Shown here one piece after another: positions 49,724 to 59,598 of a stretch of 64,000 bases of DNA. The notes under the pieces are model-generated. The model was not told where the DNA came from and searched no databases. It worked only from the letters and a program-made list of their open reading frames with translations. The first letter of the stretch is position 1. Each line of letters opens with the position of its first letter. Source of the DNA: Candidatus Aldehydirespiratoraceae bacterium (lineage in GTDB: Bacteria > Actinomycetota > Acidimicrobiia > Acidimicrobiales > Aldehydirespiratoraceae); NCBI GenBank assembly GCA_965214565.1, contig OZ243951.1:2579166-2643165 (forward strand). The letters are read 5' to 3'. The position numbers and the translations under genes are program-made.

Positions 49724-52385
49724 CGGCAATAGCACGGCTGACTTCTTCACGGGTGGCGGTGCCTTCTTCGAGCATGGCCGACAGGACCGCAACGACCACG
49801 TTGCGGGCATCGATCTCAAAGAACCGACGAAGTGCTTCGCGGGTGTCGGAACGACCGAACCCGTCGGTTCCGAGGACATGCAGCGGGCGGGGCGTCCAGC
49901 GCGCGATCTGGTCGGGTACCAGGGTCATCCAGTCCGACACGGCCACTATCGGTCCTTCGCTGTCGGCAAGCCTCCGGGCTACGTTGGACAACTCGGGTGC
50001 GCGCTCGGGCGACAGCCGGTTGCGACGTTCCACGTCCAGCGCATCGGCGCGGAGTCGTTTGTAGGAGGTGACGCTCCAGAGTTCGGCGCCGATGTCGTAT
50101 TCGTCGGCAAGTATCTGTTGGGCCTCGCGCGCGGCGAGGTTCAGGGTTCCCGAGAAGAGGATGGTTGCACGGCGTTCCGGCCCGTCGGGACCGTCGTCGA
50201 ACTTGTAGATCCCGTCGGTGATGTCACGGTCCTGCACATGGTCGGGCCGCGGCGGCTGTTCGTAGTTCTCGTTGTAGATCGTGATGTAGTAGAACACGTC
50301 CTCACCGTCGGCTGAGCGCCCGTCGGGGTACATCCGGTGCAGACCGTGGCGCAGAATCGTGCCGAGTTCGTAGGCGAAGGCGGGGTCGTAGGCCTCGCAC
50401 GAGGGGACCGTGGAGGCCAACAGCATGCTGTGGCCGTCCTGATGCTGCAGCCCCTCGCCCAACAGCGTGGTCCGGCCGGCGGTGGCACCCATCAGGAAAC
50501 CGCGCGTTCGAGCGTCAGCTGCTGCCCACAGCGAATCGCCCACCCGCTGGAAACCGAACATCGAGTAGAACGTGTAGAACGGGACCATTGGAACACCGCT
50601 GTTGGCAAAGGCGGTGCCGGCCGCGATCCACTCGGCAGTGGAACCGCACTCGGTGATGCCCTCCTCGAGGATCTGTCCGTCCTCGGATTCGGCGTAGGAC
50701 AGCAACAGGTCGTGGTCGACCGGTTCGTAGAGTTGGCCCTGCGGCGCGTAGATCCTGAACTCGCGGAACAACGAGTCCATTCCGAAGGTTCGGGCTTCGT
50801 CGGGGACGATCGGCACCACCCGTTCACCGAACCGCTTGTCTCGGAGCAGGTCCCGCAACACTGCGGTGAAGGCCATGGTGGTCGACACAGGCCGCCCCGA
50901 AGACCCCTTCTGAAGGTCTAGGAAGGGTGTTTCGTTCGGCAGCTTGAGCGGTCGCCGGTCGCGCACGATGCGGCTCGGCAGGGGCCCGTCTAGGGCGCGC
51001 CGCCGCCCCATCAGGTACTCGCGCTCCTCTGAGTCTGGTGACGGCCGGTAGTAGGGCGGTATCCCGTCTTCGAGCGACTCTTCGGAGATCTCGTCCTCCA
51101 TCTGGAGCCTGGCGCGCAGTTCCAGGAGTTGTGCCTTGGTCATCTTCTTGATCTGGTGGGTGGCGTTGCGTCCCTCGAAGCCTTCACCGAGGGTCCAGCC
51201 CTTGATGGTCTTGGCGAGGATCACTGTCGGCTGTCCGGTGGTCTGGGCGGCGGCTTTGAACGCCGCGTAGACCTTCTGGTAGTCGTGGCCCCCGCGGGGA
51301 AGTTCCTTGAGGTCGTCGTCGTTGAGATGCACGACGAGTTTGCGCAGTCTCGGGTCGGGTCCGAAGAAGTTCTCGCGGATGTAGGCGCCGTCCTCGACCG
51401 CGAAGCGCTGGTACTCGCCGTCCACCGTCTCGGCCATCTTGTTGAGCAGCACCCCGTCGACGTCGCGGTGGAGCAGTTCATCCCAACGGCTCCCCCATAT
51501 CACCTTGATGACGTTCCAACCTGCGCCGCGGAATACTCCTTCGAGCTCCTGGATGATCTTGCCGTTGCCTCTCACGGGACCGTCGAGCCGCTGCAGGTTG
51601 CAGTTGACGACCCATTTCAGATTGTCGAGTCCAGAGCGGCCTGCCAACGAGATGGCTCCCAGGGTCTCGGGTTCGTCGCATTCGCCGTCGCCGAGGAAAC
51701 TCCAGACATTGCTCTGTGACGTGTCGTCGATCTTGCGTTGGTGCATGTAGCGGTTGAATCTGGCGTGGTAGATCGAATTGATCGGACCCAGGCCCATCGA
51801 GACCGTGGGGTACTCCCAGAACTCCGGCATCAGGCGGGGGTGCGGATAGCTTGAGAGGCCGTTGCCGCCGACTTCCATACGGAAGTTGTCGAGCTGCTGT
51901 TCGTTGAGGCGCCCTTCAAGGTACGCACGTGCGTAGATCCCGGGTGCAGCATGACCCTGGAAGTAGACGTGGTCGCCGGGAAGTCCGTCCTCCTTGCCTC
52001 TGAAGAAATGGTTGAAGCCGACTTCGTAGAGCGCCGCGCTCGAGGCGAACGTCGACAGGTGGCCTCCGATGCCGTCGGCGGTCTTGTTGGCACGGATAAC
52101 CATCGCCGCAGCGTTCCAGCGGATTATCGCACGGATGCGGCGTTCGATGTTCTCGTCTCCGGGGAAGAAGGGCTGTGACTCAGCGGGGATGGTGTTGATG
52201 TAGGGCGTGCCGGTCGTCGGGGGAACGCCGATCTGCAGTTCATTGGACCGTTCGAGAAGCTTGGCGAGCAGGTATCGGGCCCGAGCCTGGCCCTGCCCGG
52301 CGTGGACAGCATCGAGGGAGTCGATCCATTCGGTGGTCTCGTCGGGGTCGATGTCGGGCAGTTGGCGGGAGAAATGGTCAGCCAT
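49668..52385 (-). CDS. aceE: Pyruvate dehydrogenase E1 component, homodimeric type
   Basis: YLLAKLLERSNELQIGVPPTTGTPYINTI...GDGECDEPETLGAI...FVPFYTFYSMFGFQRVGD-like MVPFYTFYSMFGFQRVGDSLW. Confidence 0.97.
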   Translation of the reverse strand: MADHFSRQLPDIDPDETTEWIDSLDAVHAGQGQARARYLLAKLLERSNELQIGVPPTTGTPYINTIPAESQPFFPGDENIERRIRAIIRWNAAAMVIRANKTADGIGGHLSTFASSAALYEVGFNHFFRGKEDGLPGDHVYFQGHAAPGIYARAYLEGRLNEQQLDNFRMEVGGNGLSSYPHPRLMPEFWEYPTVSMGLGPINSIYHARFNRYMHQRKIDDTSQSNVWSFLGDGECDEPETLGAISLAGRSGLDNLKWVVNCNLQRLDGPVRGNGKIIQELEGVFRGAGWNVIKVIWGSRWDELLHRDVDGVLLNKMAETVDGEYQRFAVEDGAYIRENFFGPDPRLRKLVVHLNDDDLKELPRGGHDYQKVYAAFKAAAQTTGQPTVILAKTIKGWTLGEGFEGRNATHQIKKMTKAQLLELRARLQMEDEISEESLEDGIPPYYRPSPDSEEREYLMGRRRALDGPLPSRIVRDRRPLKLPNETPFLDLQKGSSGRPVSTTMAFTAVLRDLLRDKRFGERVVPIVPDEARTFGMDSLFREFRIYAPQGQLYEPVDHDLLLSYAESEDGQILEEGITECGSTAEWIAAGTAFANSGVPMVPFYTFYSMFGFQRVGDSLWAAADARTRGFLMGATAGRTTLLGEGLQHQDGHSMLLASTVPSCEAYDPAFAYELGTILRHGLHRMYPDGRSADGEDVFYYITIYNENYEQPPRPDHVQDRDITDGIYKFDDGPDGPERRATILFSGTLNLAAREAQQILADEYDIGAELWSVTSYKRLRADALDVERRNRLSPERAPELSNVARRLADSEGPIVAVSDWMTLVPDQIARWTPRPLHVLGTDGFGRSDTREALRRFFEIDARNVVVAVLSAMLEEGTATREEVSRAIADAGIDPYRPDPAHPDTGA

Positions 52386-52504
52386 ATGTGTGTCTATTCT
52401 CGCAGGACTTTTCGGCTTTGGTTGAAGCTGTTGCCGGTTTTGCCGAAGTGCACTGTGCGTTCGGAAGAGGCCGTGCGCTCGGGAGACCGTGTTCGGGAGG
52501 GGGA

Positions 52505-53176
52505 GTGGTTGGAAGTCTCGGACAGAAGTTGCACAATGGGCGCATCGGTACTTCACCCAGCAATCCGGTCCCAGTCAGGACGGTCTTTACCGACGGTGCC
52601 TGTCAGGGCAATCCCGGCCCCGGTGGTTGGGGCTGGGTGGTGCCCGACGGTCCCTGGGCCAGTGGTGCACAGGAAGTGACGACCAATCAGCGGATGGAGT
52701 TGACGGCGGCTCTCGAAGCGGTGCGAGCGTTGGGCGGTCCGCTTCAGGTGGTTTCCGATTCGACCTATGTTGTTCACTGTTTCCGTGACCGCTGGTGGGC
52801 TGGATGGCTGCAGCGCGGGTGGCGAACCTCCTCCAAGAAGCAGGTCTCCAACCGAGACCTGTGGGAACCTCTGATCGACTTGTACCGCAAAGCATCCGAT
52901 GACATCAGCTTCGTCTGGGTCAAGGGGCACTCCGGCAACCGCTGGAACAATGTTGCAGACCACCTCGCGGTTGAAGCCGCGCGAGCTCAGACGGGTGCTG
53001 GAGGCGAGGACCTGAACGGCATCGACCTGGGAAGGTTCGGCCTCTCCGGCGGCTCAGGCACCGGCAGCCAAGGCATCGGCAGCCCAGGCAGCCCAGGCGA
53101 CTCAGCAGGATCAGGCAGTCTCAGCCTGCCGGGACTTGAGCCTCCCGAAGAGGAAGAGGAACTCAAGCTTTTCTGA
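52505..53176 (+). CDS. rnhA: Ribonuclease H with low-complexity C-terminal extension (start uncertain)
   Basis: VFTDGACQGNPGPGGWGWVV...NQRMELTAALEAV...DSTYVVHCF...WVKGHSGNRWNNVADHLA. Confidence 0.9.
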   Translation: MVGSLGQKLHNGRIGTSPSNPVPVRTVFTDGACQGNPGPGGWGWVVPDGPWASGAQEVTTNQRMELTAALEAVRALGGPLQVVSDSTYVVHCFRDRWWAGWLQRGWRTSSKKQVSNRDLWEPLIDLYRKASDDISFVWVKGHSGNRWNNVADHLAVEAARAQTGAGGEDLNGIDLGRFGLSGGSGTGSQGIGSPGSPGDSAGSGSLSLPGLEPPEEEEELKLF

Positions 53177-54062
53177 GAGCGTGCCGCAGTGCATCGGCGA
53201 GATCCGGTTGACAGAACTGGTAGCCGCCGGCCAACAACGCTGCGGGTTCTACTCGCTGGCCGGCGTACAGCAGCTGCTGGGTCAGCTCCCTTCCGAACTT
53301 GGCCCACATCACCGCTTTGGGCGTCGGCAGAACTGTTGGACGCCCCAGCACCTGTCCGAGGGTCTTGGTGAACTCTGCGTTGGTGACGGGATTGGGTGCT
53401 GTCATGTTGACAGGTCCGCTGACGTCTTTGTCGAGGAGCCAGATGATGCCCTGCACCATGTCCTGGATTGATATCCAACTCAGCCATTGGCATCCGTCGC
53501 CGATGCGTCCGCCGATTCCGAGTTTGAAGAACGGGAGTTGGGCCTTCAATGCGCCTCCGTCGGGCGCCAACACCACACCGGTGCGAAGATATGTGAGCCG
53601 AGTGGATTCCTGTGCGGGAACAGCAGCCCGTTCCCAGGCGCGCACGACGTCCGCGAGGAAGCCTTCCCCGGCTGAGCTGATCTCATTGAGTCGCTCGCCT
53701 CCCCGGTCTCCGTAGAGGCCGATGGCCGAACCCGACAGGAACACCGACGGAGGGTTCTCGGCAGCGGCGATCGCGTTCGCCAACAGCGCCGTAGTCGTGG
53801 TCCTGCTCTCGAGTATCCGGGTCTTCTGGGCTTCGCTCCAGCGTCTGTCCGCAATCGGTTCTCCGGCTAGGTGTACCACCGCGTCGATGTCTTCAAGGGA
53901 GTCTTCAGCCAACTTGCCGGACGCGGGATTCCAGAATCTGGCTTCGGTGTGGTCGTCGGTGCCGGACCGCAGTAGACGAACCGGTGTGTGGCCTGCGGCT
54001 TGCAGCGCCTTGACCAGCGATGTCCCGATCAATCCGGTGGACCCGCTCACCAGTACTCGCAT
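53163..54062 (-). CDS. TIGR01777-type NAD-dependent epimerase
   Basis: MRVLVSGSTGLIGTSLVKALQAAGH...VVHLAGEPIADRRWSEAQKTRILESR. Confidence 0.93.
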   Translation of the reverse strand: MRVLVSGSTGLIGTSLVKALQAAGHTPVRLLRSGTDDHTEARFWNPASGKLAEDSLEDIDAVVHLAGEPIADRRWSEAQKTRILESRTTTTALLANAIAAAENPPSVFLSGSAIGLYGDRGGERLNEISSAGEGFLADVVRAWERAAVPAQESTRLTYLRTGVVLAPDGGALKAQLPFFKLGIGGRIGDGCQWLSWISIQDMVQGIIWLLDKDVSGPVNMTAPNPVTNAEFTKTLGQVLGRPTVLPTPKAVMWAKFGRELTQQLLYAGQRVEPAALLAGGYQFCQPDLADALRHALRKA

Positions 54063-54158
54063 CGTCGTCCTCCCATCTCACTTCTCGTGCTTGGTCGAGT
54101 CAGCCTCTATGCTTGCGCGAATCATAGAGTGCCGAGTTCTTCAGGGAAAGGCCCAAAG

Positions 54159-54395
54159 GTGTCAGACGAACAGGTCAACCAACGGAGAACAAGGCCCGGA
54201 CTCGGCAAGTTCGTCGCTGCTGCGCTGGTGGCTGCGGCGCTGGTCGCTTTCGTGGTTCAGAACACCGACAGTACTCCGGTTCAGTGGTTCTTCATCGACC
54301 GCAGTGCACCGTTGTGGCTGATCATTGTGGTGTCAGCAGTCGCCGGCGCCGTTCTCAGCGAGATTCTGGGCTGGATCATCCGCCGCCGCCGTTGA
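54159..54395 (+). CDS. LapA-domain membrane protein
   Basis: ALVAFVVQNTDSTPVQWFFIDRSAPLWLIIVVSAVAGAVLSEILGWIIRRRR. Confidence 0.8.
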   Translation: MSDEQVNQRRTRPGLGKFVAAALVAAALVAFVVQNTDSTPVQWFFIDRSAPLWLIIVVSAVAGAVLSEILGWIIRRRR

Positions 54396-54456
54396 GGGTC
54401 CCGGAACTGAGCGACACGCGACTCGTGCTGCACCCCACCCGAGCGACGGTCCCTCG

Positions 54457-54918
54457 CTAGTTGATGCTGACCACAACGCTGACGATGGCGACGCACAGTA
54501 CCAGCAGCGTCAAGAAGTTGGCGTAGAAGACGCTCGCTCGCCGCTCCGAGGCTTTGGCCGCCTGCTCGACAATCCCGGCGAGAGCAAGGTGGACAGTAGC
54601 AAAGCCTTCCCTCATCTCGGCGCGGACCGTGTTGAGACCGACTTCCAAGTTGGTCCTGGTTGACTCCTCAAGGGCCTTGAGGTCCTCTTTGGTGGCGAAC
54701 TTCTCGGCTAACCTCTCAAGGTCTTCTTTGGTGGCGAACCTCTCGGCTAACCGTTCAAGGTCTTCTTTGGTGGCGAACTGTTCCCAGCCGCCTGGTGGAT
54801 GGTTATCCATAATGTAATGCGCCTGTTCAGGGCCTAGTTTTTCAACCAGTCTCTCGAAAATCGCTACTCGTTGCTGCTCAGCTTCGATATAGGACACTAC
54901 TAGACACCTCCCTGCCAA
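54457..54918 (-). CDS. Coiled-coil membrane protein with 13-aa repeats
   Basis: DLERLAERFATKEDLERLAEKFATKEDLKALEE and C-terminal FLTLLVLCVAIVSVVVSI TM helix. Confidence 0.75.
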   Translation of the reverse strand: MAGRCLVVSYIEAEQQRVAIFERLVEKLGPEQAHYIMDNHPPGGWEQFATKEDLERLAERFATKEDLERLAEKFATKEDLKALEESTRTNLEVGLNTVRAEMREGFATVHLALAGIVEQAAKASERRASVFYANFLTLLVLCVAIVSVVVSIN

Positions 54919-55179
54919 TTCAGGAATGTTGCGCTTGGATCAGGGGGAAGTCTGAACACTGCCTGTGCGACGCCGCGCCGCCTATCGCGGACCATGATAC
55001 ACAAAAGATAACTAAGATCATTGTTTAGCATTGAAATTCTTGAGAGCCGACCCTAGCCTCCAGTGCCTGGATCCACCGGTGAGGGCCGTGACGACCAGCA
55101 AGGCTGTCGGCGCTTGTTGCGATCGAATCGCAGAGCCGGTAGCGCGGCAACGCTGGGATCTGGTTAGGGTCGTCGGTTC

Positions 55180-58100
55180 GTGAACAACTTCCTCCTTGAT
55201 CGCGATCCGACGACTTGGGCAGCACCGGAGCGGTTTCCGTCTGCGCTTGTCCCTGGCGGAGTGTTCGTCCAGGACGCACCGAGCGGCTTGGAGGTGACGG
55301 TGGTCCGCGCTACGCGGCGGCCGTCCGCTGCGGACTTGCGCGACGGATGGTCGAAACGGCGGGCTGGCCGCGCCAGCCCTGTGCTGCTCGTGGCGTTCTA
55401 CCCGACGACCGAAGGCGAGCGGGTGTCTCTGTGTGGTCCAATCGGAGACCCGCCGCTGGTGCATCGCGACCTCGAGGTCTCGCAGGTCGAGAGACTGGCT
55501 GAAGTTGCACTGAGTGAGCCGAGCCACCATGCCGCCACTCGCTTCCTGCTGGCAGCGGCCTCGGAGTTGGACTCCCCGTTTCCGGGTCTCCGAAACGTCG
55601 GTTTGTTGGCGACCCAGGAGCTCAGAGTCGGCGTTCCTGATCGGCCCGACTGGGTTTCGGCCACCCGCAAGGCCTCAGTCTTGCTGGGAAGGCGGGGGCG
55701 TCGTCTGGTTGAGGGCCTGGGGTTCCGAATCGAAACTTTGTCTACCAACGCCCAGATGCTCACAATCAACAACCGCAAGCACGCGGTGGCGGTGTTCTGT
55801 GATGACGACGAGCCTTTCGAGGCGCCGTCGGGCCGGTTCGACAACACCTCACCGGTTTCTAGGGCGCTTGCCCTGGCCGATCAGGAGCGGGTCGATTGGG
55901 TGATCCTCACACGATCCTCGGAGATCCGCCTCTACGCCGCCCGTCCCGACACTGGCGTGGGTCGGAAGGGCCGGGCTGAGACGTTCGTGGAATTGAACCT
56001 TTCCTTGGTTCCCGACGATTTCGCGGGCTATCTCCAATTGCTGTTCTCCGCCGACGCCCTTCGCGACGACGGCACCCTCGAGCAGATTCTTGAGCGGTCG
56101 GCTGACTATGTTGCCGAGTTGGCTGTTCGCTTGCGTGAACGGGTGTACCACGAAACGGTGCCGACCCTGGCCAGAGCCGTCGCCGCTCGGCTCCAATCTG
56201 AACCGGGCAGCGAAGGCTTGAACGAGAGCGACCTGGCCGGAGCCTACGAGCAGGTGATGGTGATCCTGTTCCGGCTGTTGTTCGTGGCCTATGCCGAGGA
56301 CAAGGACCTGTTGCCCTACCGCTCCAACGGCAAGTACGCGGACCACTCGCTGTCGCACAAGGCCCGTCTGCTCGCGGAGGATCGCCACAAGGGCGCAGAC
56401 GACTACGACGCGGGCTCCACTGATCTGTGGGACGACGTGAAGCAACTGTGGGGTGCAGTCAATCTGGGCAACCGCGACTGGGGCGTGCCTGCCTACAACG
56501 GTGGCCTCTTTTCTTCTGATCCCCAGGTGAGTCATTCGGGGGCGGCCATTGCTGAGATCACACTCAACAACGCCGAGTTCGGCCCAGCCCTGTCAGCAGT
56601 GCTGGTGGACGAGGGGTCCGAGGCCGAGGGCGTGGGCCCGGTGGACTTCCGCTCTCTGTCGGTGCGGGAGTTCGGCACCATCTATGAAGGCCTGTTGGAG
56701 TCGAAGCTGTCGGTGGCCCAAGACGACTTGACCGTCAAGTCCATCAAGGGCAAGGAGAATTACGTACCCGCCTCCGATGATGACGAGGTGGAGGTGCGAG
56801 CAGGTGAGGTGTACTTCCACAACCGTTCCGGTGTCCGTAAGGCAACCGGCTCCTACTTCACCAAGCCGTTCGCTGTCGAGCACCTGCTCGACAGCGCCCT
56901 TGAACCGGCCCTAGACGATCACATCGCCCGCTTGGACGGCCTGCGGGAATCCGGTGACGACGCCGCGTTGGCCGAGGCGTTCTTCGACTTCCGATGTGCC
57001 GACATAGCCATGGGCTCGGCTCACTTTCTGGTGGCCGCGGTCGACCGCATCGAGGCCCGCCTGTCTGCGTGGTTGACCCTTCATCCCGTCGCGGCGGTGA
57101 CTGCGGAACTCAACCGGCTGCGCAACACAGCGCTCGAGGCGCTGGGCGATCTCGCCGACGCCACCGAAGTCGAACAGTCTTCCCTGCTGCGCCGCCAGGT
57201 GGCCCGGCACTGCATCTATGGAGTCGACAAGAACAGCGTCGCTGTCGAACTGGCCCGGCTCGCGATCTGGGTACACACCTTCGTTCCCGGTTTGCCGCTG
57301 TCGTTCCTCGATCACAACCTCGTCCAAGGCGACAGCCTGACCGGCGTGGCTTCGGTCGACGATGCAGCTGCCGCCGTGAAGCCGAGGGGAAGCAGAGCGG
57401 ATTCGTCGTTGTTCGTGTATCTGTTGGAGGAACTGCTGGAAGAGTGTCTGGGGCCGTTGGCCAGGCTCGGGCGCCTCAACGATGCCGACAAGTCCGAGAT
57501 CGACGAAGCACGCGCCGCGCGCGCAGAGACCCGCGAAGCTGTCGCACCGGTCAGGTCGGTGTTCGATGTGGCTTCCGCGGTTCGTGCCGGGGCCATCAAG
57601 ATTCACAGCGATTTCGATTTCAGCCCGGAGAGCATCGCCGCGTTGGCGCAGGAACCAGAAGTTCAGGAAGCTGTCCGCCGGCTCACGCCCGTCCACTATC
57701 CGACAGCTTGGCCTGAGGTGTTCGCCCGAACCGGAAAGAGCGGCTTCGACTGTCTGCTCGGCAACCCACCCTGGGAGAAGGTAGTGGTGGACCGAGAGGT
57801 CTGGTGGGGCATGCACTTGCCCGGTGTCCGCGCGCTTCCGGTGGCGAAGCGCCGCGCACAGATTGATGCTCTGGAGGCTGCTCGGCCGGATCTGGCTGCT
57901 GAGTTCGAGAATGAGCACAAGCGGACTGAAGCATTGAAGTTGGTGCTGCGAGCCACGTTCGCGAACCTCGGTTCTGGCCAGACCGATCTCTATAAGGCCT
58001 TTGCCTGGGCGAATTTCGCACTCTGCAGTGAAGGCGGAAGGCTCGGTATTGTGCTTCCCCGTTCGGCTGTGTCAGATGCGGGCATGGCCAACTGGCGCAA

Positions 58101-59598
58101 GGAGATCGTCGCCGTACCTACCGGAGGCGCACAGGTCCGCGCGGGGGGGGGGGGGGGGTGTCGACGCGAATATCGGTGGCGACCGTCATCAACCACAAGG
58201 GATGGGTGTTCGAGGGGGTCCACAACTCCTACACGGTGGCGCTGGTGGCGGTCACCCGATCCTCTCGGTCGTCACCTGCCTCAACACCAAGCAGTGGGCG
58301 TTCGACGGTCTCGACGGCCGATACACGGTCGCGCTGGTCTCGGTACGAAAGCTCAACCGCAGAGCTGAACCAAGGGGGTGGCTTTGACGGCGACCCCGAC
58401 GAGCCCCACGTTGCCGTCTACCCGGGGCCTGCGAGTTCACTGACCCAGTTTCACGAGTTGGTGGACGGTAAACCCGAGCTGATCCCAGTCTCTGAGTTCA
58501 CGCGGTGGTCCAACACTGCCGCGTTCCCCCAGATACCGACCCGCCCTGCCTTTCGGGTATGGCGCAAGATCAAGGCGCATCCCCGCTTCGACGGTGCAGA
58601 TCTGCACACACACACACACACACACCGCTGGCGATTCCGTCCGGTCCAAGGCGATCTCAACTCAACGAACGACAGAAAGAGGTTTCTCAAGGACGACGGG
58701 CGTGGGGCTTCCATCCAGTCTCCGAACTTCACTCGACTCACGACAGGTCCAGATTCGTGAGCGACGATGGTATTTCCGCCCGTCACGAGAACTCGACTCC
58801 ACCAATGACAGGAAACGGTTCATGAAAGACGATGGAGCGGCCGCAGGCACAGCAACCCCAACGAATCTCGTCTGGCCTGTTTGCTCTGGAAAGAGTTTCA
58901 ACCTCTGGCGGCCGGATACAGGCGACTATTACGACAGCGTTGTTGCCGCGAGTATCACCGCGCACCTACAAGAAAAGCGATATCGGCGGAGCAGAGTCAA
59001 GTCTTCAGCTTTCTCTCAGATCGATGAAGCGCTGCTGGCCGATCCAACAACTCTGGCCTGCATGAGAGCAAGGATCGTATTTCGCAGGGTAGCTAGGACT
59101 ACCGATACTCGTACTTTTGTGTGCGCCCTTGTCCCACCCCACAGAGTCACCACAGAAGCCGCCTCCTATTTCGAACAGGTCCGAGGGGAGATATCCGACG
59201 AAGCGTATCTGTTGGGGCTTCTGTCGTCGATGATTTTCGATTGGCAACTCCGCCGTGTCATGGAATTGACCCTCAGTTTTACGGATCTTATGGCGACATC
59301 CCTCCCCGACCCTGGTAAGGGTCACCCGGTGCGTGATCGGGTTGTTGCGCTTGCTGGGCGGCTCGCCGCGACGGATGAGAGGTATGCGGATTGGGCTGCC
59401 GAAGTCGGTGTACCTATCAGGTCAGCGAACGATGAGGAGACCAAGCAGGACCTGATCTGCGAACTCGACGCGTGCGTCGCCCACCTCTACGGGTTGGATG
59501 AAGACGACCTCGCGGTGATCTACGAGACCTTCAGCGAAACCGTCGACTACACCGACCGCTACGCGGCGGTCCTTCAACACTTCAGGAGGTTGGCATGA
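55180..59598 (+). CDS. Eco57I/PglX-like adenine-specific DNA methyltransferase, interrupted by multiple frame changes after 58142
   Basis: TGSYFTKPFAVEHLL, CADIAMGSAHFLVAAVDRIE, VARHCIYGVDKNSVAVELARLAIW, FDCLLGNPPWEKV; C-terminal pieces in ORFs 58158..58760, 58001..58387 and 58594..59598. Confidence 0.85.
58143..58158 (+). repeat. Homopolymeric tract of 16 G inside the methyltransferase gene
   Basis: gc + 16 g + tgtcgacg at 58141-58166. Confidence 0.95.
58605..58624 (+). repeat. (CA)10 dinucleotide repeat inside the methyltransferase gene
   Basis: tctg(ca)10ccgctgg. Confidence 0.95.

Noticed and set aside
58001-58387. Independent 128-aa ORF
   Set aside because: Only its C-terminal part (GGHPILSVVTCLNTKQWAFDG...) is protein-like; best explained as a frame fragment of the methyltransferase.
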